Shown here: positions 39,536-48,797 of the stretch, piece after piece | How positions within the stretch are numbered: position 1 is the first letter of the stretch | Layout of the letters: each line of letters starts with the position of its first letter | Source of the DNA: Isoptericola halotolerans | Lineage (GTDB): Bacteria; Actinomycetota; Actinomycetes; Actinomycetales; Cellulomonadaceae | Length of the DNA: 64,000 bases | Reading direction: 5' to 3' | NCBI RefSeq assembly: GCF_013149785.1 | Contig: NZ_JABEZU010000001.1 | Location: 1,240,001 to 1,304,000 of the forward strand | Made by a program: the position numbers and the translations under genes | The notes under the pieces: generated by a model | What the model saw: only the letters and a program-made list of their open reading frames with translations | Databases searched by the model: none | What the model was told of the DNA's origin: nothing

Positions 39536-40114
39536 ATGGGAGATCTGGGACCGGTGGCCTGGCCGCCCCCGCCGATCCGGACGGAGCGCCTCGTGCTCCG
39601 GCAGCCCGAGCCCCGCGACCGGCCGGCGATCGTCGAGCTGCACGCCTCGCCGCAGGTCGGCCGGTATATCGGCGGTGCCCGGCCGCGCGACGAGCTCGAA
39701 CGGTCGGTCTCCGAGGCGCCGAGCGGTCGGCCGGGCCAGTTCGTCGTGGACCTCGCCGGCGCGATGATCGGGCTGGTGCAGCTCGTCCGTCGGGACGCGG
39801 CGCACGAGGAGGGCCCCACGGCCGGCAGGGTCGATCTCGGGTATCTGTTCCTCCCGCACGTGTGGGGGCACGGGTACGCCACCGAGGCCTGCACCGCCGC
39901 CCTGGACTGGCTCGACCGGGTGCTGCCCGACGAGCGGGTGGTGCTGTCCACCCAGGTCGCCAACCAGCGCTCGATGCGTCTCGCCGAGAGGCTCGGGTTC
40001 ACCGAGATCGAGCGGCTCGAGGCCCACGGCGCCGAGCAGTGGTTCGGTGAGCGCCCTCCCGGCGGCGGTCCCGGTGCCGAGGCGCGTGCACCAGGGCGGC
40101 TCGACGTCAGGTGA
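39536..40114 (+). CDS. GNAT N-acetyltransferase (RimJ/RimL type)
   Basis: TERLVLR, LGY...P..WGHGYATEA, N.RS.RLAERLGF. Confidence 0.88.
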   Translation: MGDLGPVAWPPPPIRTERLVLRQPEPRDRPAIVELHASPQVGRYIGGARPRDELERSVSEAPSGRPGQFVVDLAGAMIGLVQLVRRDAAHEEGPTAGRVDLGYLFLPHVWGHGYATEACTAALDWLDRVLPDERVVLSTQVANQRSMRLAERLGFTEIERLEAHGAEQWFGERPPGGGPGAEARAPGRLDVR

Positions 40115-40118
40115 GAGA

Positions 40119-40922
40119 TCAGCCCTGTGCGGTCGTCATCGCCATGCGCGTCAGCACGAGGTTCTCGATCACCTGGACGAAGTTGTAGAGCAGCAGCGTC
40201 ACGACGGTGATGAGGGCGACCGACGCCCACAGGTCGTCGAAGCGGGCGGACGCGGTGAACTTCACGATGGACCCGCCGATACCCGTCCCCGTGGACAGCC
40301 ACTCCGCGAGGAGCGCCCCGGTCACGGCCCCCGGGACGGAGACGCGCGCCGCTGCGAACAGGGAGGGCAGGGCTCCCGGGACGTTGACCTTTCGCATCGC
40401 GGTCAGGCGGTTGCCGCCGTAGACGTGCACGAGGTCGAGGCTCTGCGCGCTGGCGCGGCTCAGGCCGAACAGGATGGAGGCCAGGGCGGGGAACAGGACC
40501 ACGAGCGACCCGATGACCGCCACCGACGCCTGGGTGCCACGGCCGGTCACGAGGATGATCACCGGGGCGATCGAGACCAGGGGGATCGAGCGCAGGAGGA
40601 GCGCCAGAGGCATGACCCCGGCCTCGACGGTGCGAGACAGGGAGAAGGCGACGGCGAGGCCACCGGCGACGCCCATGCCGACGACGAAGCCGAGCGCCGC
40701 GTCCAGCAGGGTGCGGGCCAGCAGCGGGGCCAGCACGGCGCGGTTCTCCGCGGCGTCCTCGCCGGCGACGAGGAAGTCCCACACCTGTGCCGGCCCCTTG
40801 GCCACGTACGGCGACATGCCGGTGAGGTTCACGACGGCCCACCACAGCGCGAGCACGATCGCCAACGTCAGCAGGCCGTTGACGACGGCACGCCCCACGG
40901 GGCCCCGGGTGACGGTGTTCAC
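40119..40922 (-). CDS. ABC transporter permease (NitT/TauT type)
   Basis: SIP.V.IAP, FP, PGALP.LF...R, GALLAEW; GTGA overlap. Confidence 0.88.
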   Translation of the reverse strand: MNTVTRGPVGRAVVNGLLTLAIVLALWWAVVNLTGMSPYVAKGPAQVWDFLVAGEDAAENRAVLAPLLARTLLDAALGFVVGMGVAGGLAVAFSLSRTVEAGVMPLALLLRSIPLVSIAPVIILVTGRGTQASVAVIGSLVVLFPALASILFGLSRASAQSLDLVHVYGGNRLTAMRKVNVPGALPSLFAAARVSVPGAVTGALLAEWLSTGTGIGGSIVKFTASARFDDLWASVALITVVTLLLYNFVQVIENLVLTRMAMTTAQG

Positions 40923-41725
40923 GGTGTGCTCCGTCCTGCCACCCACGGGGTGGCGAAGCGTGCCAGCAGCCCGACGATGCCGTAGCCGACGAGGGCGACG
41001 GCGGCCGTGAGCAGGAACACCGCCCACACCCGCGGTGAGTCGAGGTCGCCCTGCAACCGGATCAGCGTGATGCCGACCCCCCGGTCGATCCCGCCCATGT
41101 ACTCGCCGAGCACCGCCCCGAGGAACGCCGACGGCACGGCGATCTGGAGGGCGTTGAGGATGGCGGGGGTGGCGGCGACGAGCCGTACCTTGCGCAGCTG
41201 GGTGAAGCGGGTGCCGCCGTACACGTGGACGACGTCGAGGCTCGCCCGGTCGGCGGACTTGAAGCCGAGCAGCGCGCCGACCACCGTGGTGAAGAACACG
41301 GCCAGCGCGGCCAGGAAGATCGCGGTGGCGCTCGGCTCCCCAGGACGGGGGGCCCCGCCGAGGACGACGATCGCGATGCCGCCCACGGCCACCACCGGCA
41401 GGCAGTAGCTGACCACGGCGATCTGGGTGATCACCGTCTCGATGCGCGGCGCCAGCAGCACGGTGGCGGCGAGCAGCAGGGCGATGGCGTTGCCCCAGGC
41501 GAAGCCGACGAGCGCCTCGGTGATCGTCACGGAGAACACACCGCGGTACGCGGCCAGTCCGTCGTCGGCGATCGTGGCGAGCACGACCCAGGGCGAGGGG
41601 ACCGGGGTGAAGGTGGTCCCGGGCGGCGGCCGGAAGATCGTGGCCGAGAAGAGCCACCATGCCCCGGTCAGCGCGACGGCGCCGAGCAGGCCGGCGAGCC
41701 ATCCGGGCATGCGGGTGCGCGCCAT
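40919..41725 (-). CDS. ABC transporter permease (NitT/TauT type)
   Basis: PSP..V, FFTT, GAVLGEY; multiple TMs. Confidence 0.88.
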   Translation of the reverse strand: MARTRMPGWLAGLLGAVALTGAWWLFSATIFRPPPGTTFTPVPSPWVVLATIADDGLAAYRGVFSVTITEALVGFAWGNAIALLLAATVLLAPRIETVITQIAVVSYCLPVVAVGGIAIVVLGGAPRPGEPSATAIFLAALAVFFTTVVGALLGFKSADRASLDVVHVYGGTRFTQLRKVRLVAATPAILNALQIAVPSAFLGAVLGEYMGGIDRGVGITLIRLQGDLDSPRVWAVFLLTAAVALVGYGIVGLLARFATPWVAGRSTP

Positions 41726-42573
41726 CAGGACTCCGTCGCTGCGGCGTCGTGCGTGCCGAACAGCAGCTCGGAGGCCCGGTCGACGAGCGCGTGGAACTCC
41801 GGGGTCCGCATCATCTCGGGTGTCCGCGGGCGGGGCAGGTCGACCTCGATGATCTCCTTGATCCGCCCCGGGCGGGCCGACATGACGGCGACCCGGTCCG
41901 ACAGGAAGATCGCCTCGGAGATGCCGTGCGTGACCAGCAGGGTGGTGGCGGGCTTCTCGGTCCAGATGCGCAACAGCTCGAGGTTGAGGCTCTGGCGGGT
42001 CATGTCGTCCAGCGCCCCGAAGGGTTCGTCGAGGAGCAGCACCGACGGCTTGAGCGCCAACGCCCGGGCGATCGAGACGCGCTGGCGCATCCCGCCGGAG
42101 AGCTGCGCGGGCTTGGCCTTCTCGAACCCGGCGAGCCCGACCAGCTCGACGAGCTCGTCCACGTAGGCCTTGTCGACCGTGCGGCCGGCGACCTCGTAGA
42201 CGAGCCGGATGTTCGCGAGCACGCTGCGCCAGGGCAGCAGCGCGTGGTCCTGGAACGCGATGCCGAGCTCGCTGTCGCGGCGCAGCTGTGCCGGCGTCTT
42301 GCCGTCCACGGACACCGCGCCCGCGGTCGGCTGCTCGAGGTCGGCGAGGACGCGCAGGATCGTCGACTTGCCGCACCCGGACGGGCCGAGGAGGGCGAGG
42401 AAGGACCCCTTGTCGGTGTGCAGGTGAGCGTCCTGCAGGGCGGTCACCGTCGTGCGTCGTCCCGTGCGGAACGTCTTGGTCAGGCCGTCGATGTTGATCC
42501 CCGTGCCCCCCGGAGAGAGCGCGCTCTGCGCGAGCTCCGGGGGGCGGGCACCCGACGTGGTGTCGTGGCTCAT
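41725..42573 (-). CDS. ABC transporter ATP-binding protein (NitT/TauT type)
   Basis: [34 protein letters not shown]. Confidence 0.95.
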   Translation of the reverse strand: MSHDTTSGARPPELAQSALSPGGTGINIDGLTKTFRTGRRTTVTALQDAHLHTDKGSFLALLGPSGCGKSTILRVLADLEQPTAGAVSVDGKTPAQLRRDSELGIAFQDHALLPWRSVLANIRLVYEVAGRTVDKAYVDELVELVGLAGFEKAKPAQLSGGMRQRVSIARALALKPSVLLLDEPFGALDDMTRQSLNLELLRIWTEKPATTLLVTHGISEAIFLSDRVAVMSARPGRIKEIIEVDLPRPRTPEMMRTPEFHALVDRASELLFGTHDAAATES

Positions 42574-42579
42574 GGTTCC

Positions 42580-43689
42580 CTACGGCAGGTAGTCGATCAG
42601 CTCGGGCTGCTCGGCATAGATCTCGTCGATGATCGCGGTGTCGAACAGCTCGTCGACCCCGACGTCCCAGCCGGCGGCGGCCAGCGAGTCGACAGTCTCC
42701 TGCTGGAGCTGCTCGGAGATGGTGAACAGGCCGTTCTCCTCGGTCTCCTCGGTGGAGATGAGCTCCTTCGTGGCCTCGAGGGCCATCGCCGTCTTCTCCG
42801 GGTCGAGGGCGCCGAACACGGCCTCGAGGCCGTCCTCCGACTCGGTGGCCGCGGTGTTGTAGTACTTGTCGACCAGCGCGACGGTGTCGTCCGTCGACTC
42901 GTTGAACACGTCCGTCCACCCCTTGATCTCGGCGGTGAGGAACGCCTTGAGCAGGTCGCGGTTCTCGGCGAGGTACTGGTCGGTGACGCTGAACGTCTCG
43001 GCGACGTAGGGCACGCCGTTCTCGGCGTAGGCGAGGTTGGTGATGTCGTAGCCGGCGAGCTCCACGGTCAGCGCCTCGTTGGTGAGGTACGCCATGAACC
43101 CGTCGACCTCCTCGTTCATCAGGGGCGTCGGGTCGAAGTCGACCGGGACCACGGTGACCTCGTCCTCGTCGATGCCGTTGGCCTGGAGCAGAGCGGCGAA
43201 CACCGACGCGTTGGAGTCCTGCACGCCGATCGTCCTGCCCACCAGGTCCTCGGGGGAGGAGATGTCGGCGCCGTCGGCCAGCGAGAGGATCGTGAAGGGG
43301 TTCTTCTGGAACGTCGCACCGATGATCTTCAGCGGCGCGTCCTGCTCGGCGATCGCCGCACCGATCGAGGCGGCGTCGCTCAGAGCCACCTCGACGCTGC
43401 CGGAGAGAAGCTTGGCGACGCCGGTGTCGGGGCCGGAGATGCCGATCACCTCGTCGAACCCGGCGTCGTCGTAGTAGCCGTTCTCGTCGGCGTAGAACTC
43501 GCCGGCGAACTCCTCGTTCTTGATCCAGGAGTACTGGACGCTGATCTCGCCGAAGGACGCGGCGTCGGTCTCGCCGGACGTGCCTGCTGGTTCCTCCCCG
43601 GCACACGCACCGAGGGCGAGGGCGCTCGCGGCGACCGCGGCGACGGCGCCCGCACGGGCTCGTCGTGAAGGGATGCTCTGGACTGCCAT
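42580..43689 (-). CDS. NMT1/THI5-like substrate-binding lipoprotein (probable purine uptake)
   Basis: Lipobox LGAC, SWIKNEEFAGE..A...GYY, FQKNP; inside purine cluster. Confidence 0.82.
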   Translation of the reverse strand: MAVQSIPSRRARAGAVAAVAASALALGACAGEEPAGTSGETDAASFGEISVQYSWIKNEEFAGEFYADENGYYDDAGFDEVIGISGPDTGVAKLLSGSVEVALSDAASIGAAIAEQDAPLKIIGATFQKNPFTILSLADGADISSPEDLVGRTIGVQDSNASVFAALLQANGIDEDEVTVVPVDFDPTPLMNEEVDGFMAYLTNEALTVELAGYDITNLAYAENGVPYVAETFSVTDQYLAENRDLLKAFLTAEIKGWTDVFNESTDDTVALVDKYYNTAATESEDGLEAVFGALDPEKTAMALEATKELISTEETEENGLFTISEQLQQETVDSLAAAGWDVGVDELFDTAIIDEIYAEQPELIDYLP

Positions 43690-43731
43690 GGGTGGGACTC
43701 CGCTCGACCTCTGCCGGTAGGGACGAACGGC

Positions 43732-43798
43732 AACGTAGCCACGCGAGGTTTCGCCGTGAGGGTGGCGGCGTTTCGGAGGCGTTAAGCCATCACTTCAC
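43732..43798 (-). promoter_or_regulatory. Promoter with tandem GlnR-type boxes and candidate local operator
   Basis: Minus strand TTAAC-N6-GAAAC-N6-ACCCT-N6-GAAAC at 43785-43748, TACGTT -10 at 43737-43732; GTTAAGCCATCACTTCAC at 43781-43798. Confidence 0.7.
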
Positions 43799-46576
43799 CC
43801 TGGCAGATGGAGGTGCCGGTCGCTCCTGGGCGAGCCGCCACACGCGCTCGCGCGTGAAGGGCTGGCGGAACGGGCGCCGGCCGAGGGCGCGGGCGATGGC
43901 GTTGCCGACGGCGGGTGCCACCGGGTTGTACGGCGACTCGCTCATCGACTTCGCCCCGAACGGACCGATCGTGTCGTAGGTGTCGGCGAAGTACACCTCC
44001 GTGTCCGGGACGTCGGCCGACTGCGGGACACGGTAGGTGCGGAAGACCGGGTTGCTCACGGCCCCGTCCTCGTCCAGCAGCACCTCCTCGTACAGGGCGC
44101 TGCCCAGGCCCTGCGCGGCACCTCCCTCGACCTGGCCGCGGCACTGGGCGGGGTTCATGACGAACCCGGCGTCGGCCGCCTGCACCGACTGCAGCACGCG
44201 GACCGACCCGGTCCCGGGGTCGACGGCGACGCGCACGGCGTGGACGTTGAACGCCAGGCTGCGCTCCTTGCCGTCGTCGCTGCCGTGGGCGGTCAGCCCG
44301 TCGGTCTCCCCGGCCGCCGCCACGATCTCGGCGAAGCCGACCGTCCGGGTGCCGACCCGGACCCCGTCTGCGGTGAGCTCGGCCGGCGGCCGGGCCGGGC
44401 CCTCGAGCGGCGCGTCCGCCGATCCCGCCACCTGCTCCGCCAGGTCGACCACGAGGTCGCGCAGCGCCGTCGCCGCGCGGGCCAGCGCCTTGCCCGCGAC
44501 GACGGTCCCCGCCGAGGCGAACGCCCCTGTGTCGTGGTCGACGAGGTCGGTGTCGCTCGCGCTCAGGACGATCCGGTCGGCCGGTGCCGCCAGGAGCGAG
44601 GCGACGATCTGGCGGTGCACGGTGCTGGTGCCGTTGCCGAACTCGGCCGTCCCGACCGCGACGGCGTACGTGCCGTCGGGCCGCAGGGTCACCGAGGTGT
44701 GCGCGTGGTGCCCGCCCGGCGCGGCCCCCGCGATGAACGCGACAGCCATCCCCTCGCCGGTGAGCCACCCGGGTGGCGCCACGGCGCCGTTGCCACGGCG
44801 CAGCGCCCCCTGGGCGAGGTCCAGGCACTGGTCCAGGCCGTAGCTTCCCCATCGCAGGTCGGGCTCCGGCTCCTCGTGGACCGTGAGCAGCGGGTCACCG
44901 TCGCGGACCGCGTTGCGCCGGCGCAGGTTGAACGGGTCGATGCCGAGCTCCTCGGCCAGCATGTCCATCGCCGACTCGACGCCGAGGATCACCTGGCCGA
45001 GCCCGTACCCGCGGAACGCGCCCGAGGGCACCGTGTTCGTGTATACTGACTCGGCGTCGACACGCTTCACGTCGCAGCGGTAGACGTTGACCGACTCCGC
45101 CACCGAGTGGAACAGCACCCCGATGCCGTGGTTGCCGTACGCACCGGTGTTGCTGAGCACGTCGAGCTTCATCGCCGTGAGCCTGCCGTCCGCCGTCGCC
45201 CCGAGCGAGACCGTCACCCGGAACGGGTGGCGAAGCGCCGCACGCCGGAACTCGTCGGTGCGGGAGAACTCGTAGGCGACGGGCCGTCCGGTGGTCAGCA
45301 CGGCCAGGGCGACGAGGTCCTCGGCGAACATCTCCTGCTTGCCGCCGAACCCGCCGCCGACCCGGGCGGCGTGCACCCGGACCCGGTCTCGCGGCAGGTC
45401 GAAGACGTGGGCGAGCTCGTTGCGGGTGAGGAACGGCACCTGGGTGCTGGAGCGGATCACCAGCCGCCCGCCCGCGTCGATCCGTCCGATCGCCCCGTGC
45501 GTCTCGAGCTGCGCGTGGGCCACGCGACCGGTCTGCCAGGTGCCGCTGACGGTGACCGCGCTCGCCGCGAGGGCGGCATCGACGTCGCCGCCGATGCCGG
45601 CGTGCAGGCTCGCCAGGACGTTCGGGCGGTCCGGGTCGGTCCGCCCGGCGAGCGGGAGGTCGGGGTGCAGGACGGGCGCGTCGGGACGCCGGGCCGCCTC
45701 GGCGTCGAGCACCGCGGGCAGCGGTGCGTAGGTGAAGTCCACGAGCGCGAGGGCGGCGTCGGCGACCTCGGCGGACTCGGCGACGACGGCGGCGACGCGC
45801 TGACCGACGAACCGGACGGTGTCGTCCAGGACCCGGGTGTCGTCGGGGTCGTCGGTGCGGTGCTCGTGGCGGGCCGTGGAGAACCGGGTGCGCGGGGCGT
45901 CCTCGTGCGTGAGCACGGCCACCACGCCCGGCAGCGCCCGGGCGGCTGCCGCGTCGATCGCGACGATGCGGGCGTGCGCGTGCGGTGAGCCGAGCACACG
46001 GAGCACCAGGGCGCCGGCGGCGTCCGGCGTGTCGAAGGTGAACGGCTCGCGGCCCTGGACCACACGGCGGGCGGGCTCGGGGGAGACGGAGCGTCCGACG
46101 CCGGTGGCCGGACCCTCGTCGTCGACCTCGCCGAACGCAGGCTCGCCGAGCACGGCCCGGCGGATCGCCGAGCGGATCGGCCGGTAGCCGGTGCAACGGC
46201 ACAGGCTGCCCTTGAGCCGCCGGTCCAGGTCCGGCAGGTCGTCCGCGGTGAGGCAGGAGGCCGTGACGCTCATGCCCGGCGTGCAGAACCCGCACTGGAA
46301 GCCGAACTCCTCGATGAGCGCCTCCTGGACGGGATGCAGCGCCTCGCCGGGGGCGAGTCCGGCGGCGGTGGTGACCTGCGCCCCCTCGGCACGTGGCGCC
46401 GGGACCACGCACGAGTGCACCGGCGTGCCGTCCAGCAGCACCGCGCACGCCCCGCAGTCCCCGGCGTCGCAACCCTTCTTGACCTCGGTGTGCCCGTGCT
46501 CGCGCAGCAGGGTCCGCAGACACTGACCGGGGCGGGGGTCGGTGTCGTGCGAGGTGCCGTTGACGTCGATCTTCAT
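43790..46576 (-). CDS. Xanthine dehydrogenase family, fused 2Fe-2S and molybdopterin subunit
   Basis: GCDAGDCGAC, QCGFCTPG, LCRCTGY; GGGFGGK, AFRGYG, GQVEGG, GAKSMSE. Confidence 0.92.
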   Translation of the reverse strand: MKIDVNGTSHDTDPRPGQCLRTLLREHGHTEVKKGCDAGDCGACAVLLDGTPVHSCVVPAPRAEGAQVTTAAGLAPGEALHPVQEALIEEFGFQCGFCTPGMSVTASCLTADDLPDLDRRLKGSLCRCTGYRPIRSAIRRAVLGEPAFGEVDDEGPATGVGRSVSPEPARRVVQGREPFTFDTPDAAGALVLRVLGSPHAHARIVAIDAAAARALPGVVAVLTHEDAPRTRFSTARHEHRTDDPDDTRVLDDTVRFVGQRVAAVVAESAEVADAALALVDFTYAPLPAVLDAEAARRPDAPVLHPDLPLAGRTDPDRPNVLASLHAGIGGDVDAALAASAVTVSGTWQTGRVAHAQLETHGAIGRIDAGGRLVIRSSTQVPFLTRNELAHVFDLPRDRVRVHAARVGGGFGGKQEMFAEDLVALAVLTTGRPVAYEFSRTDEFRRAALRHPFRVTVSLGATADGRLTAMKLDVLSNTGAYGNHGIGVLFHSVAESVNVYRCDVKRVDAESVYTNTVPSGAFRGYGLGQVILGVESAMDMLAEELGIDPFNLRRRNAVRDGDPLLTVHEEPEPDLRWGSYGLDQCLDLAQGALRRGNGAVAPPGWLTGEGMAVAFIAGAAPGGHHAHTSVTLRPDGTYAVAVGTAEFGNGTSTVHRQIVASLLAAPADRIVLSASDTDLVDHDTGAFASAGTVVAGKALARAATALRDLVVDLAEQVAGSADAPLEGPARPPAELTADGVRVGTRTVGFAEIVAAAGETDGLTAHGSDDGKERSLAFNVHAVRVAVDPGTGSVRVLQSVQAADAGFVMNPAQCRGQVEGGAAQGLGSALYEEVLLDEDGAVSNPVFRTYRVPQSADVPDTEVYFADTYDTIGPFGAKSMSESPYNPVAPAVGNAIARALGRRPFRQPFTRERVWRLAQERPAPPSARVK

Positions 46577-47418
46577 GCGGGGCCCTCCGTCGCGGTGGTC
46601 GCGAGCTCCCGCCGCAGGCGTTCGGCGAGGACGACGCTCACGCCGCGCCGCCAGTCGGCAGCGCCGAGGGAGTCGGTGTGGTAGCCGGTCAGGTCGCCGA
46701 CGGCGGCCGCGAGCGTGCCGGCGTCGGGCATGGTCGCGAAGCGCAGCACGGCGGGCCGGACGACGGCGGCCGTCACCGAGAACACGGACGTGCCGTCCGC
46801 GTCGCGGCGGCCCGTGACGACGGCGCCGGAGCGCCCCAGCTCGGCCAGGGCGATCTTGCGCAGCCCGGCGCGGGAGCGCAGGGCGTGGGCGGGCAGCTCG
46901 ATCGCACGCAGCACCTCGCCGGGGCGCAGTGTGGTCTCGCCCGCACCCGTGACGAGCTCCGCGACCGGCTGGCGGCGGGTGCCGCCGTCGGGCGTCCAGA
47001 CCTCGGCGACCCCGTCGAGGGCGACCGCGAGGGACACCATGGCGGCGGCAGGAAACGCCCGGCAGACGTTCCCGCCGACCGTGGCTGTGTTCCAGATCTT
47101 GAAGGAGGCCAGCAGGGCGTCGGCGGCCCCCGGGACCATGGACACCGCCGACCAGCCGGCTGGGACCGGATCGACGCCGCGGCCCTCCGCCCAGGCGCGC
47201 AGCGTCGCGATCGTGCAGGTGGCGGCGATGCGGAGCCCGTCGGCGCCGACCTCGAGGTCCGGCCAGCCGAGCCCGGTCAGGTCGACGAACCCGGTGGTGC
47301 CGGGCTGGGGCTCGCTGAGGAGCCAGGTGCCGCCGCCGACGAAGACCTCGCCGTGAGCGAGCCGGAGGTCCTCGCGGGACCGCGCCGTCCGGTAGCGGGC
47401 GACCGAGGTGATGTCCAC
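46573..47418 (-). CDS. Xanthine dehydrogenase family FAD-binding subunit
   Basis: GGGTWL.S, LASFKIWN.ATVGGN.C, L.PGEVL..I. Confidence 0.88.
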   Translation of the reverse strand: MDITSVARYRTARSREDLRLAHGEVFVGGGTWLLSEPQPGTTGFVDLTGLGWPDLEVGADGLRIAATCTIATLRAWAEGRGVDPVPAGWSAVSMVPGAADALLASFKIWNTATVGGNVCRAFPAAAMVSLAVALDGVAEVWTPDGGTRRQPVAELVTGAGETTLRPGEVLRAIELPAHALRSRAGLRKIALAELGRSGAVVTGRRDADGTSVFSVTAAVVRPAVLRFATMPDAGTLAAAVGDLTGYHTDSLGAADWRRGVSVVLAERLRRELATTATEGPA

Positions 47419-47420
47419 CG

Positions 47421-48779
47421 TCAGAGCCGTTCGGCCAGCTCGCGGGAGGCGAGCACCACCTCGTGGGCGAGCTTCCCCTCGTCGGTGGTGACCAGCACGG
47501 CGTCCTCGACCACGGTCCGCCCGCCGACGTAGAGGCGCTTCAACGGCGGCAGGGCGCCGAGGCCGAGCGCGGCGACGGGGTCGAGGATCCCGGCGTGCTC
47601 GACGCCGTCGACGCGCCAGACGGCGATGTCGGCGAGCTTGCCGACCTCCAGCGAGCCGATCTCGTCCTGACGGCCCAGGACGCGGGCTCCACCCGCCGTG
47701 GCGACCCGCAGGGCGTCGCGGACGCTCATCGAGTCCGCCCCGGTGCGCAGCCGGTTCATGAGCACCGACTCGCGGATCTCGACGCCGAGCTGTCCCGACT
47801 CGTTGGACGCGGCGCCGTCGACGCCCAGCCCGACCGGGACACCGGCGTCGAGCAGCGCACGGACGGGCGCGATGCCGGCGGCCAGCCGGCCGTTGGACGA
47901 CGGGCAGTGCGCCACGCCGGTGCCGGTGGCGGCGTACCGCTCGATCGCCGGGGCGTCGAGGTGCACGCAGTGCGCCATCCACACGTCGGGACCGAGCCAC
48001 CCCTGGTCCTCGAGGTACCGCGTGGGGCTGGTGCCGAAGCGTTCGAGGCAGTAGGCGTCCTCCTCGACGGTCTCGGAGGCGTGGGTGTGCAGGCGCACGT
48101 CGAGGGACCGGGCGAGCACCGCTGCCTCGCGCAGCAGGTCGGGGGTCACGGAGAACGGTGAGCACGGCGCGATCGCGATGCGCACCATCGCCTCGCGCGA
48201 GTCGTCGTGGTACCGGTCCACGGCCTCGGCGGAGGCGGCCAGCGCGGCATCGGTGCTCTCGACGGCGAAGTCGGGGGGCAGCCCGCCCTGCGAGGCACCC
48301 AGGTCCATGGACCCGCGGGTGGCGTGCAGGCGAACCCCCACCCGGGACGCCGCCTCGACGATCGCGCCGACGATGTCGCCGGAGCCCTGCGGGAAGACGT
48401 AGTGGTGGTCGCCGACGGTGGTGCACCCGGAGCGGGCGAGGACGGCCATGGCGCCGGCCGCACCGGCGCCCGTCAGGCCGGCGTCGATGCGGGACCACAG
48501 CGGGTACAGGGACGTGAGCCAGTCGAACAGGATCGAGTCCTGGGCGTACCCGCGGGTCAGCCACTGGTACAGGTGGTGGTGGGTGTTGATCAGCCCCGGC
48601 GTGACCAGGCACCCCGAGGCGTCGACGACGTCGGCGCCGACGCGCAGGTGCTCCGGAGCCCGGCCCGCGCCCACCGCGACGATCTCCCTGCCGTCGACGG
48701 CGACGTACCCGGCCGTGTGCTCGGTGCCGGTGGTGTCGACGGTGGCGACGTAGCCGTTCTCGATGAGCGTGCGGGTCAT
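47421..48779 (-). CDS. 8-oxoguanine deaminase-type amidohydrolase
   Basis: NTHHHLYQ, APCSPFS, HTHASET, GVDGAASNE. Confidence 0.85.
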   Translation of the reverse strand: MTRTLIENGYVATVDTTGTEHTAGYVAVDGREIVAVGAGRAPEHLRVGADVVDASGCLVTPGLINTHHHLYQWLTRGYAQDSILFDWLTSLYPLWSRIDAGLTGAGAAGAMAVLARSGCTTVGDHHYVFPQGSGDIVGAIVEAASRVGVRLHATRGSMDLGASQGGLPPDFAVESTDAALAASAEAVDRYHDDSREAMVRIAIAPCSPFSVTPDLLREAAVLARSLDVRLHTHASETVEEDAYCLERFGTSPTRYLEDQGWLGPDVWMAHCVHLDAPAIERYAATGTGVAHCPSSNGRLAAGIAPVRALLDAGVPVGLGVDGAASNESGQLGVEIRESVLMNRLRTGADSMSVRDALRVATAGGARVLGRQDEIGSLEVGKLADIAVWRVDGVEHAGILDPVAALGLGALPPLKRLYVGGRTVVEDAVLVTTDEGKLAHEVVLASRELAERL

Positions 48780-48797
48780 GTCCAGGTACCTCCGGGT

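Noticed and set aside
39536..40114. GNAT as a toxin or as part of the purine pathway
   Set aside because: No antitoxin partner; it has its own leaderless-type promoter and lacks the cluster motifs
43690..43790. Purine or TPP riboswitch upstream of the NMT1-like binding protein
   Set aside because: No recognisable aptamer core; the space is taken by promoter and operator motifs with a short leader
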